Of a stretch of 64,000 nucleotides of DNA, positions 40,243 through 49,279 are shown in pieces. Origin of the DNA: Christensenellales bacterium (lineage in GTDB: Bacteria; Bacillota; Clostridia; Christensenellales; CAG-138); NCBI GenBank assembly GCA_040767925.1, contig JAXGNN010000001.1:1411679-1475678 (forward strand), written 5' to 3'. The notes below the pieces were generated by a model. That model made no database searches. It saw only the letters and a program-made list of their open reading frames with translations, and was not told where the DNA came from. Each line of letters starts with the position of its first letter. Positions within the stretch are counted from its first letter, which is position 1. The position numbers and the translations under genes are program-made.

Positions 40243-40834
40243 CCTGAAGGAGGACGGATATTTGAATCCGGACATCATCAAGAAGAAGCGGCTGGAAAAG
40301 GGCTATACGCTGGCCCATATGAGCCGTGAACTGGGCTTTACGGCGAGCTTCCTCTCCCAATTGGAGCGCGGGCTGAAAAAGCCCTCGCTGGATTCGCTGC
40401 GCAAGATCTCCGACTTCCTCGAGCTGCCCATGATCTACTTTTTCTTCGACGAGCACAGGGAGCAGGCGGCTGAGGCGGAAAACGCCGGCGGCGCGTGCCA
40501 TGTCATACGAAGGGGCGAGCGCCAGAAGATCGTTCTGCCCGAGATACAGACCGAGTACGAGATGCTCACCCCCTCCTCCGCCGACGTGGCGACGGAGCTC
40601 AACGGGAGCTATTGCGAGATCCGCCCCGGCTCCTCCATGTCTGAAAAAATGGTCACGCACAACTGCGACGAGAGCCTCGTCGTGCTCAGCGGCCAGATGC
40701 GCGCCTTCGTGGGCGACGCCGTCTACGAGCTTTCGGACGGGGACAGCATCTATATCGAAAAGCGCGTGCCGCACAACATCTGGAACGCCGGACAGGAGAA
40801 ACTCCGCGTCATCACCTATATGATCAACGCGTAA
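40232..40834 (+). CDS. XRE-family HTH + cupin transcriptional regulator
   Basis: SFLSQLERG.K.PSLDSL HTH; cupin H..DE...VLSG...GDSIY....PH. Confidence 0.9.
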   Translation: MLYNLKEDGYLNPDIIKKKRLEKGYTLAHMSRELGFTASFLSQLERGLKKPSLDSLRKISDFLELPMIYFFFDEHREQAAEAENAGGACHVIRRGERQKIVLPEIQTEYEMLTPSSADVATELNGSYCEIRPGSSMSEKMVTHNCDESLVVLSGQMRAFVGDAVYELSDGDSIYIEKRVPHNIWNAGQEKLRVITYMINA

Positions 40835-40850
40835 TCAGCGCGCGCAAATC

Positions 40851-40877
40851 AAAAAGGAGCGGCGGCTCCTTTTTTTG
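40851..40877. terminator. Bidirectional intrinsic terminator
   Basis: AAAAAGGAGC-GGCG-GCTCCTTTTTTT. Confidence 0.85.
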
Positions 40878-40902
40878 ACGGTCGTTCATTTTACTTCGAA
40901 CG

Positions 40903-42333
40903 CTATAATTTCGCGTACCGGATCATCGCGCCCGTCGCGGGCTCGAAGTCGACGTCCGCATAAACGACGCGCCCGCGCGCGTCGCGCCCGAACTGCACGG
41001 GCACGGCGAGGAACTTCTCCTCGTCGAGCAGGAGGAAGTTGCCGTGGCCGAGGGGGCGAAGCGGAACCTTCAGCTTGCGCGCCTCGAAAAAGAGTTCGAC
41101 GCCCTCTAAGCTGAAATCGATCTTCCCGTAGCCCGCGTGCGCGTAAGCGCCCGCGTATTCCGCGAGCTCCCCGGTCGAGGGGTGCGCGGCCCGCCCGGCG
41201 GGGTTGAAGGATTCCACGTGCTTTTGAAACTGCGCCTTCCCCGCCGCCCGCATTTCGCGGAAGCGCCCCGCCCAGTCTGCGGGCTCGCAGTCAAGGAGCA
41301 TGTCGATGAGCGTCAACTGCACGATGGCGGGCGCGAAGTTGCCATCGAGGTTCGATAAAATCACGACGCCCGCGTCCAGTTCGGGGAGCATGGCCATCTC
41401 GGCGATGAAGCCGTCGATGCCGCCCCCGTGGCGGACGACCTGATGCCCGCGGTAGAACTCGGCGAACCAGCCGAGGCCGTAGGACTGGAACTGCATTTCC
41501 CCGCGGAAAATGGGCGCGCGCTCCGGGATGACGATGTGCGGGCTGTGGCAGTCCCGCAGGCGGGCGGCGGAGACGAGCCGGCTCTCCCCCGCGCGTCCCT
41601 CCTCGAGGTGGAAGCGGAGATAGCGGAGCATATCCGTCACGGTGGAGTTCATCGCGCCCGCGGGCGACGCGGCCTTGATGTCCTCCGGCGGCATTCGGAT
41701 GATTTTGTCCTTCTCAAAGCAATAGGGCAGAGCCCTGTTCTCAAGCAATTGGTTCTCGGCGACGGAGAAGTTCGTCCTTTTCATGCCGAGCGGCCCGAGG
41801 AACCGCGCCCGGATGAAATCATCCCACTTTTCCCCGCAAACGCGCTCGAGAAGGTACCCCGCCAGCGTGAACATCAGGTTGGAATACTGCATCTTCGCGC
41901 GCACGGGCGCGCCCGCCTTGAGGTAGCGCAGCCTCCGGACATATTCCGCGGCGTCGAACGCGTCGATGTTGAGCTGCATCATGAATTCGTGCCGCGCGAG
42001 GCCCGTCCTGTGGCTGAGCATGTCGCGGACGCTCAGCGTCTCCGTAAGATACCCGTCCTCCATGGCGAATTCCGGGATATAGTCGCGGATGGGCCGGTCG
42101 AAATCGAGGCGGCCCTCGTCGGCAAGCAGCGCCAGCGCCGTGGAGACGAAGCTCTTCGTCTGCGAGCCGATGGCGAAGGTCGTGCTTTCATCGGCGGGGA
42201 GGCCGTTTTCCACATCCCGAAGGCCCGAGCCGCCGAGGTAGACGGTCTCTCCCCCGCGCACGACGCCGATGCGGATCGCGGGCACATGATATTCCTCGCG
42301 CAGAATTTCGATGAGGGGTTCGATCGCTTTCAT
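40903..42333 (-). CDS. Serine hydrolase, beta-lactamase/D-peptidase (S12) family, DUF3471-like C-terminus
   Basis: SQTK (SxxK), YSN, HGG; no signal peptide. Confidence 0.88.
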   Translation of the reverse strand: MKAIEPLIEILREEYHVPAIRIGVVRGGETVYLGGSGLRDVENGLPADESTTFAIGSQTKSFVSTALALLADEGRLDFDRPIRDYIPEFAMEDGYLTETLSVRDMLSHRTGLARHEFMMQLNIDAFDAAEYVRRLRYLKAGAPVRAKMQYSNLMFTLAGYLLERVCGEKWDDFIRARFLGPLGMKRTNFSVAENQLLENRALPYCFEKDKIIRMPPEDIKAASPAGAMNSTVTDMLRYLRFHLEEGRAGESRLVSAARLRDCHSPHIVIPERAPIFRGEMQFQSYGLGWFAEFYRGHQVVRHGGGIDGFIAEMAMLPELDAGVVILSNLDGNFAPAIVQLTLIDMLLDCEPADWAGRFREMRAAGKAQFQKHVESFNPAGRAAHPSTGELAEYAGAYAHAGYGKIDFSLEGVELFFEARKLKVPLRPLGHGNFLLLDEEKFLAVPVQFGRDARGRVVYADVDFEPATGAMIRYAKL

Positions 42334-42362
42334 GGCAGATCCTTTCTAAGGCTTAAGACTGT

Positions 42363-43952
42363 TCAGCGCCTTTTGAGCAGTTTTCCCGCGCGCGCGCCGG
42401 TGACGGCGTCGTCCTTGAGCGCAATCATACCATGGACGAGCACGTATTTCACGCCCTCGTTGGGCGCGAGCGGGCGGACGAAGTCCGAGGTGGCGCAAAG
42501 CCTGCCGTAATCGAAGAGCACGATGTCCGCGTCGAACCCCGCGGCGAGCCTTCCCTTGGACGCGAGGCCGAACATGTCCGCGGGGAGCGAGGTGAGCTTT
42601 CGCACGGCCTCGGGCAGGGAAAGCGCCTTTTTATCCCGCGCGTACTCGGCGAGGATCTTGATGAAAGACCCCATGAAGCGCGGGTGGTCGGCGGAAACAT
42701 AGTCGTTTACGAAGTACGAGTCCGTGCCGCCCATGGCGTACGGGCTCTGCATGATGCGGCGGATGTCCTCCTCCCCCATCGAGAAGAAGGCCGAAGGGAC
42801 GCTGCCGTCGTTTTCAACGAGAAGGTCGAAGACGACCTCGTCCGGCTCCGCGCCGCGCTCCGTTGCGATTTCCTCGATGGTCTTCCCCCGCGCGTTTGGG
42901 GTCATGGGCGCGGCGAGCACGAGCGCGCCGCCGTAGCCGCAGGAGCGGATGAGGTTGTCGAACCCCGCGTCGTCGCGGGCAAGCTGCGCGCGAATCTCGC
43001 GCCGTATGCCGCGATCCCGGAGCTTTTTGACGTATTCGAGCTGGCCGTTTGCGGCGAACGCGGGCGGCAGCGCGCTTAAGAGGTTGGTCGCGCCCGCCTG
43101 GTAGGGATACTGGTCGAGGCGCACCTTCAACCCCCTGCGGTTCGCCTCGTCGATCTGCGCGAGTGTCGCCCGCGACTTGCCCCAGTTCTTCCTGCCCGCG
43201 ATCTTGTGGTGCGAGACGACGGCGGGGAGCCCCGCCCGTTCCGCGACGCGTATGGTTTCCGCGACGGAATCTTCCACATAATCGGACTCGTTGCGCATAT
43301 GCGAGGCGTAGACGCCGCCCCGCGCCGCGACGGTTTTGCACAACTCGGTCAGTTCCTCCTCCCCCGCGTATACGCCGGGGGGATAGATCAGGCCCGACGT
43401 CAGGCCGAACGCGCCCGCCTCCATCGCCTCCGCGAGCAGCGCCTTCATCGCGTCCATCTCTCGGGCAGTCGGCGGCCGGTCGTCGTACCCCATGACCGCG
43501 TAGCGGAGGGTGCCGTGGCCCGCCATCAGCGCCACGTTGACGCCGAGGGCGATTTTTTCGATATGCTCCGTCATGGAGCCGGGATCCCTTTTCAATTTGG
43601 AGATTTCCTCATAGGTTTCCGCGGGGAGGAACGATTTCATGTCCGCGAGCGCCGCGTCCGTGAGGGGCGCGATCGAATCCCCGCAGTTGCCCGCGATTTG
43701 CGTCGTGATGCCCTGGGAGAGCATGTTGACGCCCCGATGCTCAAAGAGCAGCACAATATCGCTGTGGCTGTGGGTGTCGATGAAGCCGGGGGCGGCGTAC
43801 AGGCCGGCGGCGTCGATGACTTCCCCGGCGCGGGCGTCCGTGAGCGCGCCGACCGCCTCGATTTTGCCGTCCCTGACGCCGATGCTCGCGGGATAGGCGT
43901 CCTCGCCCGTGCCGTCGAGAATAAGCGCGTCCCGAATCAGTAAGTCGAACAT
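42363..43952 (-). CDS. N-acyl-D-amino-acid deacylase (D-aminoacylase)
   Basis: PGFIDTHSHSD, GNCG, GLIYPPG, SHMRNE, SHHK, DQYPY, HPR. Confidence 0.9.
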   Translation of the reverse strand: MFDLLIRDALILDGTGEDAYPASIGVRDGKIEAVGALTDARAGEVIDAAGLYAAPGFIDTHSHSDIVLLFEHRGVNMLSQGITTQIAGNCGDSIAPLTDAALADMKSFLPAETYEEISKLKRDPGSMTEHIEKIALGVNVALMAGHGTLRYAVMGYDDRPPTAREMDAMKALLAEAMEAGAFGLTSGLIYPPGVYAGEEELTELCKTVAARGGVYASHMRNESDYVEDSVAETIRVAERAGLPAVVSHHKIAGRKNWGKSRATLAQIDEANRRGLKVRLDQYPYQAGATNLLSALPPAFAANGQLEYVKKLRDRGIRREIRAQLARDDAGFDNLIRSCGYGGALVLAAPMTPNARGKTIEEIATERGAEPDEVVFDLLVENDGSVPSAFFSMGEEDIRRIMQSPYAMGGTDSYFVNDYVSADHPRFMGSFIKILAEYARDKKALSLPEAVRKLTSLPADMFGLASKGRLAAGFDADIVLFDYGRLCATSDFVRPLAPNEGVKYVLVHGMIALKDDAVTGARAGKLLKRR

Positions 43953-43994
43953 TTCAACCTCGTATCATGATGGCGGATGATTGTTTTACGCAAA

Positions 43995-44024
43995 GTTAAT
44001 TAACTGTGGGTTAATCATGATTAA
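43995..44024. promoter_or_regulatory. Palindromes GTTAATTAAC (copy 2) and TTAATCATGATTAA in the D-aminoacylase promoter
   Basis: 43995-44004 and 44011-44024; minus-strand TTGACA(44047-44052)-N17-TATATT(44024-44029). Confidence 0.6.
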
Positions 44025-44116
44025 ATATATGCCATCGCGAGGGATCTGTCAAGGCTCGGCGGACGGGCGGGACCGGGCGAATTCGGCCGATTTTTTTCCC
44101 GGTCGCGCGCACATGC

Positions 44117-44170
44117 TTGACATATATAGGGTTCCTATATATAATTCATATATAGAATGCCGATATATGA
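44117..44170 (+). promoter_or_regulatory. Consensus sigma-A promoter overlapped by two ATATAT-N9-ATATAT palindromes (likely PadR operators)
   Basis: TTGACA(44117)-N17-TATAAT(44140); ATATATAGG-GTT-CCTATATAT 44122-44142; TCATATAT-N9-ATATATGA 44146-44170. Confidence 0.75.
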
Positions 44171-44185
44171 AAGGAGGAACGCGGT

Positions 44186-44533
44186 TTGGGCATCGACAAA
44201 AGCCTGGTGACGCGCAGCACATCCCTTCTTCTCCTGCATCTTCTCGAGGAGGAGGACATGTACGGCTACCGGATGATCGAGGAGCTCGCCAAGCGCTCCG
44301 ACGAGACGTTTCGCCTGAAGGCGGGCACGCTCTATCCGCTCCTGCACGATTTGCAGGCGGCGGGCATGGTCGAAGTGTATGAAAAAGTCGCGGAAACGGG
44401 GCGCCTTCGCAAGTATTACAGCCTGACCAAGGACGGGCGCGGCGCCCTTGGGGAGAAGCGCTCCGAGTGGCGGGAATTCTACCTTGCCGTCAATAAGGTG
44501 CTGGAAGGGGGTGCGCGCCTTGCAGCCGAATAA
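44186..44533 (+). CDS. PadR family transcriptional regulator
   Basis: MYGY....L......F.LKAGTLYPLLH.L...G.V......RKYYSLT..G; TTG start with AGGAGG. Confidence 0.92.
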   Translation: MGIDKSLVTRSTSLLLLHLLEEEDMYGYRMIEELAKRSDETFRLKAGTLYPLLHDLQAAGMVEVYEKVAETGRLRKYYSLTKDGRGALGEKRSEWREFYLAVNKVLEGGARLAAE

Positions 44534-45869
44534 AGAGGCCGCCGCTTACCTCGACGCGGTGCTTTCCCACGTGCGCTGGAAGCAGGCGCATGGAACCATC
44601 CGCGCCGATCTTTCGGCGCATATCGAGGACCTGGCGGAGGCTTCCGCTTCGCGGGGCGACTCGCCCGACGAGGCGTATGCGCGCGCCGTTTTGGAAATGG
44701 GCGATTCCGCGGAGGTCGGCATGCGGCTGGACGCTTCCTACCGCCCGCGCCTTGCGGGCGGCGTGCTGGCCCCGCTCGGCGTGCTGGTTCTGCTGGGCGT
44801 CCTGTGCCGCGTTTTCCTGTATAACATGAACGACGGCGAGCAGGAATGGCTGCGTTTCGCCGCGGCCGTCCTGCTGGGCGGCGGGTGCTTCGCCCTGCTG
44901 TATCATATGAACCTGTACGCGCTGATCCGCTGGTCGCCCGCGCTCTACGGCGTTTGCATGGCCGTTTTGACGGCGCTTCTGGCGCTGCAGGTACTCTGGG
45001 CGCTGGACGCCGCGCTGTACCTGTCCCCCTTCCTGCCGGCCCTTCTCGCGGGCACCGTGTACGCGGCGCGCAAGAGGGGAACGGCGGCGCTTCTGCTGTG
45101 CGCGGCGTCCTTCCTCCCCGCCGTCGCACTGCTGTTTTATTATCTGCAGAACGACAGCGCGCTCGCTCTGGCGATCGCGCTGTCCGCCGTGCCCGCGGCG
45201 GCGGCGCTCATGGGCGCATACGGAAAGCGCAGGCTGCCGCTGTTTGCCGCAACCCTCCTGCCGGCCGCGGGCGCCGCCCTCTGGAGCGCGCTCTTCGGGC
45301 AGCCCTACCTTGAGAAGCTCCTTTCCGGCGAAATCCGCGCGGCCGATTTTATTGCGCGGAGGGGCCACGATCAGGGCATCATCATTCTATGGAAAAACGT
45401 GCGGCCTTTCGGCCGGGACGAGCTGGCGGGCGCGGTGGGCAGGATGCTGCCCGACGGCAGGCTGAATTTCAATTACAACTTCGGGGTGAACAACTATATG
45501 CTCGTGGCCTTGGCGCAGAAGTACGGCTGGGTGCCCGTCGCCCTCGTCGCGCTCGTGTTTTTCGCGTTCCTCGCGCTGGGGTTTCGCCGCGCGCTGCGCC
45601 TCACTAGCGCCTTTGGCCGCCTCGCGGGCTTCGCGGCCATGGCGGGCTTCGCGGTGCAAACCGTTGTTTACCTGCTCGCGAACCTCGGGGTGGCCGCGGG
45701 CGGCAGAGGGCTGCCCCTGCCCTTCGTTTCCTATGGGAATACGGCCCTTGTGCTGAACCTCGCGCTGGCGGGACTGCTGTTTTCGCTCTTCCGCACGGAC
45801 GGCCTCCACGCGGACGGAGCGACTGGAAAAATCCCGAAATTGCGCGGCCGTTTCGATTGGGCGCGGTAA
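44520..45869 (+). CDS. FtsW/RodA/SpoVE (SEDS)-like membrane protein with N-terminal HAAS/permease-prefix domain
   Basis: YL..V...VR....H..I...L..HIED......A...MG prefix; GLPLPFVSYG; TTG start overlapping padR. Confidence 0.8.
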   Translation: MQPNKEAAAYLDAVLSHVRWKQAHGTIRADLSAHIEDLAEASASRGDSPDEAYARAVLEMGDSAEVGMRLDASYRPRLAGGVLAPLGVLVLLGVLCRVFLYNMNDGEQEWLRFAAAVLLGGGCFALLYHMNLYALIRWSPALYGVCMAVLTALLALQVLWALDAALYLSPFLPALLAGTVYAARKRGTAALLLCAASFLPAVALLFYYLQNDSALALAIALSAVPAAAALMGAYGKRRLPLFAATLLPAAGAALWSALFGQPYLEKLLSGEIRAADFIARRGHDQGIIILWKNVRPFGRDELAGAVGRMLPDGRLNFNYNFGVNNYMLVALAQKYGWVPVALVALVFFAFLALGFRRALRLTSAFGRLAGFAAMAGFAVQTVVYLLANLGVAAGGRGLPLPFVSYGNTALVLNLALAGLLFSLFRTDGLHADGATGKIPKLRGRFDWAR

Positions 45870-45879
45870 ACGGCGTCGA

Positions 45880-45920
45880 GGGGGGCTGTCTCAGGTTTTT
45901 TCCTGCTGGGACAGCCCCTT
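45880..45920 (+). terminator. Terminator-like hairpin
   Basis: GGGGCTGTCTCAG...CTGGGACAGCCCC followed by TTATT. Confidence 0.65.
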
Positions 45921-46035
45921 ATTGTTCACAAAGCTTCCCCGGCGCTTTTGGCGCCGTTTACTATTATTTACATTTATGTTCCATAAAGAGTATAATAACC
46001 GTGTTAACCCCTATTAAGCATTGGAGGTAAATACT

Positions 46036-47571
46036 ATGAAAAAGACAATCGCAGTAAGCATCGTCGTATTTCAATTGCTGTTGTTTGCATCATGTAGCCC
46101 TCTTTCCGGGGGAGCACAGGGAGCGGCATTGCCGTATTATTCTCAAACGGGCGAGGATTATGACGAGCCGGAGTATAACACGGAAGAATACAATTACATT
46201 CTGGAAAACGAATTTCTTTCCGCAACCAACCGGCCGCTTTCCACCTTCGCGGCGGATGTGGACACGGCTTCTTACGCAAACGTGCGTCGCATGCTGAATG
46301 AAGGAAAAACACCCCCGGCGGATGCGGTGCGCATCGAGGAGATGATCAACTACTTCTATTATGATTATCCCGCGCCGCGGGAAGGCGAGCCGTTCTCGGT
46401 TACGCTGGAAATTGCCCCCTGCCCCTGGAATTCGAAAACCAAACTGCTTTTGATCGGTTTGCAGGCCGCAAAGATAGACGCCGAGCATCTGCCCGCGTCG
46501 AATCTCGTATTTCTGATCGACGTATCCGGCTCCATGGATTCGCCGAATAAGCTGCCTCTCGTCCAGCGGGCGTTTTTGCTGCTCTGCGAGAGTTTGACGG
46601 AAAACGACACCGTATCCATCGTCACTTACGCCTCTTCCGATCGCGTGGTGATCGACGGCGCCCGCGGCGACCAAAAGGAAAAGATCATGGCCGCGATCGA
46701 GGATTTGCGCGCGGGCGGCAGCACCGCGGGCTCCAAGGGGATCGAAACCGCGTATAGCCTCGCGCAAGAACACTTCATCCCCGGGGGCAACAACAGGGTC
46801 ATCCTGGCCACGGACGGCGACCTCAACGTGGGGGTGACCAGCGAGGGCGAATTGACGAGGCTCATTGAAAAAAAGCGCGAGGAAGGGGTATTCCTTTCCG
46901 TCATGGGCTTTGGGACGGGCAACATCAAGGACAATAAAATGGAAGCGCTGGCCGACCACGGAAACGGCAACTATTCCTATATCGACAGCATACAGGAAGC
47001 GCGCCGCGTGCTGGTGGAAGAAATGGGAGGGACGCTGTTTACCGTGGCGAAGGACGTGAAATTCCAGGTCGAATTCAACCCGGCGAAAATCAAAGGCTAC
47101 CGGTTGATCGGCTATGAGAACAGGCGCATGGAAGACGCGGACTTTGACGACGACACGAAGGACGGCGGGGAGATCGGCGCCGGGCACCGGGTCACCGTGC
47201 TGTACGAGATTGCGGAATTGACTTCCGAGCAGGAAATAGAGGGCGCCCCGCTGAAATATCAGCAAACGGAATCCACCGGCAGCGACGAATGGCTTACGGT
47301 CAATATCCGATATAAACAGCCCGACGGGAACAAGAGCATCTTGCTGAGCTATCCCGTGGATGATTCCGCGGTTTTGGAAACCATGTCTTCCAACATGGCT
47401 TTTTCGTCCGCGGTCGCGCAGGTGGGGATGCTTCTGCGCGAATCGGCATACGCCGGCTCCGCGAGCTATGCGGATGTTGTAAAACAGCTTCAGGGGATTC
47501 CCGGGATCGCCGACGACCCGTACAAAGACGAATTTCTCTATCTGGTGAAGAAGCTGGCAAGAAACGGTTAA
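46036..47571 (+). CDS. vWA-domain lipoprotein (YfbK/DUF3520-like)
   Basis: Lipobox FASC, STFAADVDTASY, VRIEEMINYF, MIDAS DVSGSM, ATDGD. Confidence 0.88.
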   Translation: MKKTIAVSIVVFQLLLFASCSPLSGGAQGAALPYYSQTGEDYDEPEYNTEEYNYILENEFLSATNRPLSTFAADVDTASYANVRRMLNEGKTPPADAVRIEEMINYFYYDYPAPREGEPFSVTLEIAPCPWNSKTKLLLIGLQAAKIDAEHLPASNLVFLIDVSGSMDSPNKLPLVQRAFLLLCESLTENDTVSIVTYASSDRVVIDGARGDQKEKIMAAIEDLRAGGSTAGSKGIETAYSLAQEHFIPGGNNRVILATDGDLNVGVTSEGELTRLIEKKREEGVFLSVMGFGTGNIKDNKMEALADHGNGNYSYIDSIQEARRVLVEEMGGTLFTVAKDVKFQVEFNPAKIKGYRLIGYENRRMEDADFDDDTKDGGEIGAGHRVTVLYEIAELTSEQEIEGAPLKYQQTESTGSDEWLTVNIRYKQPDGNKSILLSYPVDDSAVLETMSSNMAFSSAVAQVGMLLRESAYAGSASYADVVKQLQGIPGIADDPYKDEFLYLVKKLARNG

Positions 47572-47644
47572 AAGACGCGGGGATAATTCCGCGGCGAACA
47601 ACATACTTCGGGAAAAGGGCTGTCGCCTAGCGCGGCAGCCCGCG

Positions 47645-48529
47645 CTATGTTTGTCCCTTTCGCGCGGCCGCGCGCTCGAGGAGCACGTCCGCCGCGAGGC
47701 CCGCGGCGACGAGCGCGCCGCCGACGAGGAGGCGCAAAGAGAACAGGCCGAGCAGCAGGACGTCGATGAGCATGCCGGCGAACACCTGCCCGATGAAGAG
47801 CGAGAGCGACAGGCTGAACGCGGACACCCGCGCGACGGTGTAGTTCAACAGCAGCACCACGCACACGCCCACCATGCCGCCGAAATAAATATAGACGCGC
47901 GGCGAGAAGGCGAAGGAGGCGAGCGCGGGCTCGTTCCGTCCCAACAGCAGGCAGACGGGGACCGCCACCGCGAGGCCGATGAGATAGTTGAAAAGCGTGC
48001 TCGCGCGAAGGCTCGTCGCCTCGGCGAGGCGCGCGTTCAGCGTGCGCGCGATGAGAAGCAGCAGCCCCGCGAACAGGGACGCGGAGACGGCGAGGGCGTC
48101 GAACCCGTCGAGCATGGCGGCAATGCCCGCGAGCGTGAGCGTGATGCCGACGAGCTTATATCTGTGAAACGGCCTCCTGGGGAGGCCGAACAGGCCGTAA
48201 TGGTCCATAGCGGCGCCGCCGACGCTCTGCGCGAAAAGGCCGAGCGCGAGGAGGGCCGACACGCTGATGCGCCCGAAGGAGAGGTTATTGCAGACGGTGA
48301 GGACCACGCCCAGCGCGCCGCCTAGATAGAGGTACCACGGCGCGCGCTTTAAAAAGGGCTTTTCCTTCGCCAGAAGACAGATCACGCCGATGAGCAGCAG
48401 CCCCGCCACATGGATCAGGGCCGTGGAGGAATAAACGCCGTACTCCTCCATCAGCGCGCCGTTGAGCGCCACCATCCCGGCGATCAGGACGCCCGTGAAC
48501 AGGGCTAAAAGGGAATGCAACTCGCCCAC
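47645..48529 (-). CDS. DMT family transporter (duplicated YdcZ-like)
   Basis: About 10 TMs, repeated NG.L/NA.L and GG..GV motifs. Confidence 0.8.
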   Translation of the reverse strand: MGELHSLLALFTGVLIAGMVALNGALMEEYGVYSSTALIHVAGLLLIGVICLLAKEKPFLKRAPWYLYLGGALGVVLTVCNNLSFGRISVSALLALGLFAQSVGGAAMDHYGLFGLPRRPFHRYKLVGITLTLAGIAAMLDGFDALAVSASLFAGLLLLIARTLNARLAEATSLRASTLFNYLIGLAVAVPVCLLLGRNEPALASFAFSPRVYIYFGGMVGVCVVLLLNYTVARVSAFSLSLSLFIGQVFAGMLIDVLLLGLFSLRLLVGGALVAAGLAADVLLERAAARKGQT

Positions 48530-48685
48530 CTCCCGCTTCTATTATAGCATATCCCCCGGTATGGCATATCTTCCGGCTCGGAGCGCGCATGCCCGTTCGG
48601 GGAGGAACGGCCCGCCCGCCGCTTCCTGAAAAGAAAGCCCCCGCGATAACACGGGGGCGGCCTTGCCGGTTTACCGTCAAACGGA

Positions 48686-49126
48686 TTACTTGATGATCTC
48701 GATCTTGCCGATGATGGGCAGGGGCTTCATCTGGCCGTTGCAGACCGCGATGAGCGCCATGATCCAGAACACGAGCTCCACGACATAGAGCAGGAAGCCG
48801 ATGATGATGGCGGTGGTGACGCCCGCGAGGATTCCCAAGAGGAACAGGAGCAGCGCCTGGTTGGCCCAGAACTTGTCAAACTCCGTCTTGTCGCCCGCGA
48901 CGAGCGGGAGGAAGAACAGCACCGGGAACACGACCGCGAGTATCGCCATCGTCTTGTTGCCGGCGGCGGCGTTCGCCTGGGGCTGAGCCTGCTGGTAGGT
49001 CGTCTGCTGCTGATAGGCGTTCGCCTGATACTCCTGCTGGACGGGCGGTTCGCTCGGAGCGCCGCAGGAGGGGCAGAACCTTACGCCTTCGTCATACTGC
49101 TGGCCGCATTTGGCGCAAAAAGGCAT
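48686..49126 (-). CDS. Zinc-ribbon membrane protein (DUF4870-like)
   Basis: FCAKCG...FCPSCG, Q-rich linker, F.ANQ, LPIIG. Confidence 0.8.
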   Translation of the reverse strand: MPFCAKCGQQYDEGVRFCPSCGAPSEPPVQQEYQANAYQQQTTYQQAQPQANAAAGNKTMAILAVVFPVLFFLPLVAGDKTEFDKFWANQALLLFLLGILAGVTTAIIIGFLLYVVELVFWIMALIAVCNGQMKPLPIIGKIEIIK

Positions 49127-49279
49127 GATGGAATCCTCCTATAATAATATATGTGCACATGGAATGCAGATTTATTATACAGCACCGCCGCCCTTTTGAC
49201 AATGCGCGAAGCCGCAAAACCTCAGGGATAATTCTAATTAATTAACGGGGTACACCGGTTTCCCCGCCCGAGGAAAACG

